In this document: piece after piece, positions 61,259 to 64,000 of the stretch
How positions within the stretch are numbered: position 1 is the stretch's first letter
Layout of the letters: each line of letters begins with the position of its first letter
NCBI GenBank assembly: GCA_025201805.1
Contig: MU619305.1
Coordinates: 65,839-129,838, forward strand
Direction: 5' to 3'
DNA length: 64,000 nt
DNA from: Parasitella parasitica NRRL 2501
Taxonomy: Eukaryota; Fungi; Mucoromycota
Program-made: the position numbers and the translations under genes
The notes under the pieces: model-generated
What the model was told of the DNA's origin: nothing
Seen by the model: the letters and a program-made list of their open reading frames with translations, nothing else
Database searches by the model: none

Positions 61259-64000
61259 TTATACAGAGGAAAGCGGTGAAGATGGCTCAGAAGAGGTAGG
61301 CGTATCGTAATGTTTTTGCATGACAAGGTTTAAGCTTCGTAGCGTTATGGCCAGTTCTTTGGGAATAAGAGGTTTTGTAAGATATCCATCCATGCCTGCG
61401 TTGAAACAAACCTCCTTTGCAGAGCTTTGAATGTCTGCGGTCAAGGCTACAATGGGTAAACGACTACTTGTGCCCGACTCAAATGCTCGAATGCGCTTAG
61501 TAGCTTCGACGCCATCACACTGTAAAGACAGGAGAAAACCGCACATTAGTAGTTGGCACATTTGGCAATCCTGTCATATAAACTTACCTTGGGCATATGA
61601 TGGTCAAAGAAGCCAAGACAAAAATAATTGGGTGGTCTTTCACGCCAAAGGTTTACAGCTTCCTCGCCGTTGTTTGCGCTCTCTACGAAGAAACCCATTT
61701 TTTCCAACTGTTTGCGAAGCAGTTTTTGTGCGACCATGTTATCTTCAGCAATCAGAACTGGCTTTTTAGCATACCACGATAGCTCATCCTTTTCGAAATA
61801 ATCTTTCATGCGATTTCCTAGAGGCGTCGGTAATTGTGGCATGGGAGACACATGCTGTTGATCCAGCACTTGTTCCAGCATGCTCAATAGTTTCGCTCTT
61901 CGTACGGGTTTAGCCATTTTGACAAGTCGTCCACGACGGTCAGACGCAGAATTCGTAGCCTCAGCGGCCAATTTGTGGCCCTCAGTAGAAGGCGTGTACA
62001 GTAGTATAATGTGCAACTCGCATTCAGGATCATCGTCTACGCTTTGAAGCTGATGGGCAATAAAATTGTTTGGTTTGGCTGGGATATCCAGAATAAGAAT
62101 AGGATGATGTTCCTGCAAGGCCTTGGGGACAGCCTGGTGCGTGTCTGCAGTTCGCTTAATTGTGAAATCACCCAGTAAATATCGAATCATCTTGTCATTC
62201 AAGTCGCTATGGCTAGCTAGCAAAATCGTCTGGTTTCTTAAAGAAGCTTGTAGTGTAGCAATTTTCGAAACGCTGTTTGCGTCTTCGATTCGTTTGGGCT
62301 CTTTGTTGGCAACAATTGTAAACCAAAAGTTGGATCCCTCCTCAGGCTCGGATTCTACACCCACTTGGCCCATCATCAATCGCACTAGTTGAAGGCAAAT
62401 GCTCAAGCCAAGGCCAGTACCGCCGTACATGCGGGTCGTGCTGCCGTCCACCTGTGAAAAGGGCTCAAATAACTGTCGCTGTTGTTCGGGACGAATACCA
62501 ATGCCAGTGTCTATGACTTCAAACTTCAAACGAACAAACTTATCGCTGTCGGAAAACTCGGCATCGTTTTGGACAACATGACATTTGATGACAACACCAC
62601 CTTGATGGGTAAACTTGATAGCGTTGCCAAGCAAATTGGTCAATATCTGTCTCAAACGAGAAGAGTCAGTGATGATGGTGTCAGGCACCTCTGGGTCAAC
62701 ATAGTAGGCCAGTTCCAAGCCTTTTCGAGCAGACAACGAGCTGAGTATCTCAATGGTGTCTGCAATAACCTCTTCCACAACTAAAGGACCCAAGTCCAGG
62801 GCAACTTTACCGGCCTCCAGCTTTGAAAAGTTGAGAAGATCATCTGTTAGAGTCATATGTGAAATGTTAATGCACCGTAAAATTTGCCATTAGTCTCAAC
62901 ATGTTGTATATACCTATAATTTTGAGAAGCATTTCACAGCTCTCTTTTGCAGTATGAACAATATCCTGTTGCTCAGCATCCAAGCTTGTTTCTGACAAGA
63001 GCGAGATCATGCCATAAAAACCAGAAAACGGTGTTCGCAGCTCATGAGACATGTTGGCCAAGAAATCAGCCTTTAATCTCATGGCATGTAACGCTGCCTC
63101 TTTGCTTTTCCGAGCCTCTTCCAGAGCTGCCTTTTGATTTTCAATCATTTTGACGTTGGCATAGGTAACTTTTTGAATACTCTTGAATAAAAGAGCATTT
63201 GTCACTGAAATACCAATTTGTTGCGATAGCAACCGCAAAACCACCTCATGACGACACGTTAACGAGCCCACGGCGCCTTCGATATAGATACAGCCTACTA
63301 TTGCGGCCTTGTGTATGATGGGTGTGCAAATACACGATTTGGCTAGAGTCGTACAGTCCGAGAAACGAGAGTCTTGTTGCACGTCGACTATAAACATTGA
63401 TTCCTGGGCATGAATAGCATAATGCGACACACGAGTGATAATGGAATCAGCTTCCTCAGACAGCGACCTTGGCTTATTGAAGATCTCGCAGCCATTAGTC
63501 TGCGATCCACATCCCACAATCAAGAAGGACGTATTTTCTTTCACGATGATCACGCCTGATTCAGCGCCGGAATTCTCCAAAATGATTCCCAGCATTTGTT
63601 TCATCAGCAGCTCAAAGTTCATCTCGCTCGAGATAACTTGAGAGCTCTTGAGGATAGAGGCTAGATCGACTACATCCAAAGTGAGTAAAGTCTCTTCTGG
63701 ACTTGTGTCGTTGATGCTGTTTGCTTGCGAATTGAAGGTGTCTGCCGAGTAAGGTTCAGGAACAGTGAGATCACTGATAGATTCACGTTTGACGATTGTC
63801 TGGAATGTCTCTGTCTGAATGCAGGCTTCTTTGGCTTGCTCAGGCTTGATAAACTTTTCGAATAGAGACTTATACTTGGCTTCCAAGGTATTGGATTTTC
63901 CAAATAGACCCATGTGGCGATATGAAGCAATAGCTTCTCTAATTAGCGCGTAGGCAACAGATGTCAAGTCATTCTGGTGATAAAATTCGCCAGCGAGTTC
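61259..64000 (-). CDS. Hybrid sensor histidine kinase, 3' part (GAF-HisKA-HATPase-REC-REC; group X/Chk1-like), 5' truncated by the window
   Basis: [22 protein letters not shown] lead-in, [13 protein letters not shown]-box, [45 protein letters not shown]. Confidence 0.92.

Overview
AT-rich, intron-dense fungal genomic DNA. Short GT-AG introns, compact intergenic regions and the protein sequences point to a Mucorales/Mucoromycota genome (inference). About 23 protein-coding genes can be reconstructed: TBC/Gyp8 Rab-GAP, LaeA-like methyltransferase, Pep12-type syntaxin, ZNF277, Hsp10, thiamine pyrophosphokinase, an unknown nuclear protein, CreA/Mig1, Baeyer-Villiger monooxygenase, MFSD1-like transporter, MADS-box Mcm1/SRF, a velvet-domain gene that the ORF track fragments, Mcr1, a Hos4-like ankyrin protein, mt-L6, METTL25-like, Lcb2, Ten1, NMNAT, peroxisomal ABCD/Pxa2, HEATR6, Atp11, Oxa1, and the 3' part of a hybrid histidine kinase. 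There is also a decayed Helitron and several repeat or fold-back relics. Best leads: (1) a U12-type AT-AC minor-spliceosome intron in the TBC gene; (2) an array of seven CCAATCA boxes, four with a fixed adjacent GAC half-site, upstream of the MADS-box gene; (3) an antisense, intron-containing, signal-peptide-encoding fragment inside the Helitron; (4) a long G-U-rich fold-back at about 24.4 kb. No tRNA, rRNA or CRISPR array was recognised. All exon models were read by eye and no database searches were run. Four N-gaps occur near 1.49, 15.27, 31.55 and 34.58 kb.
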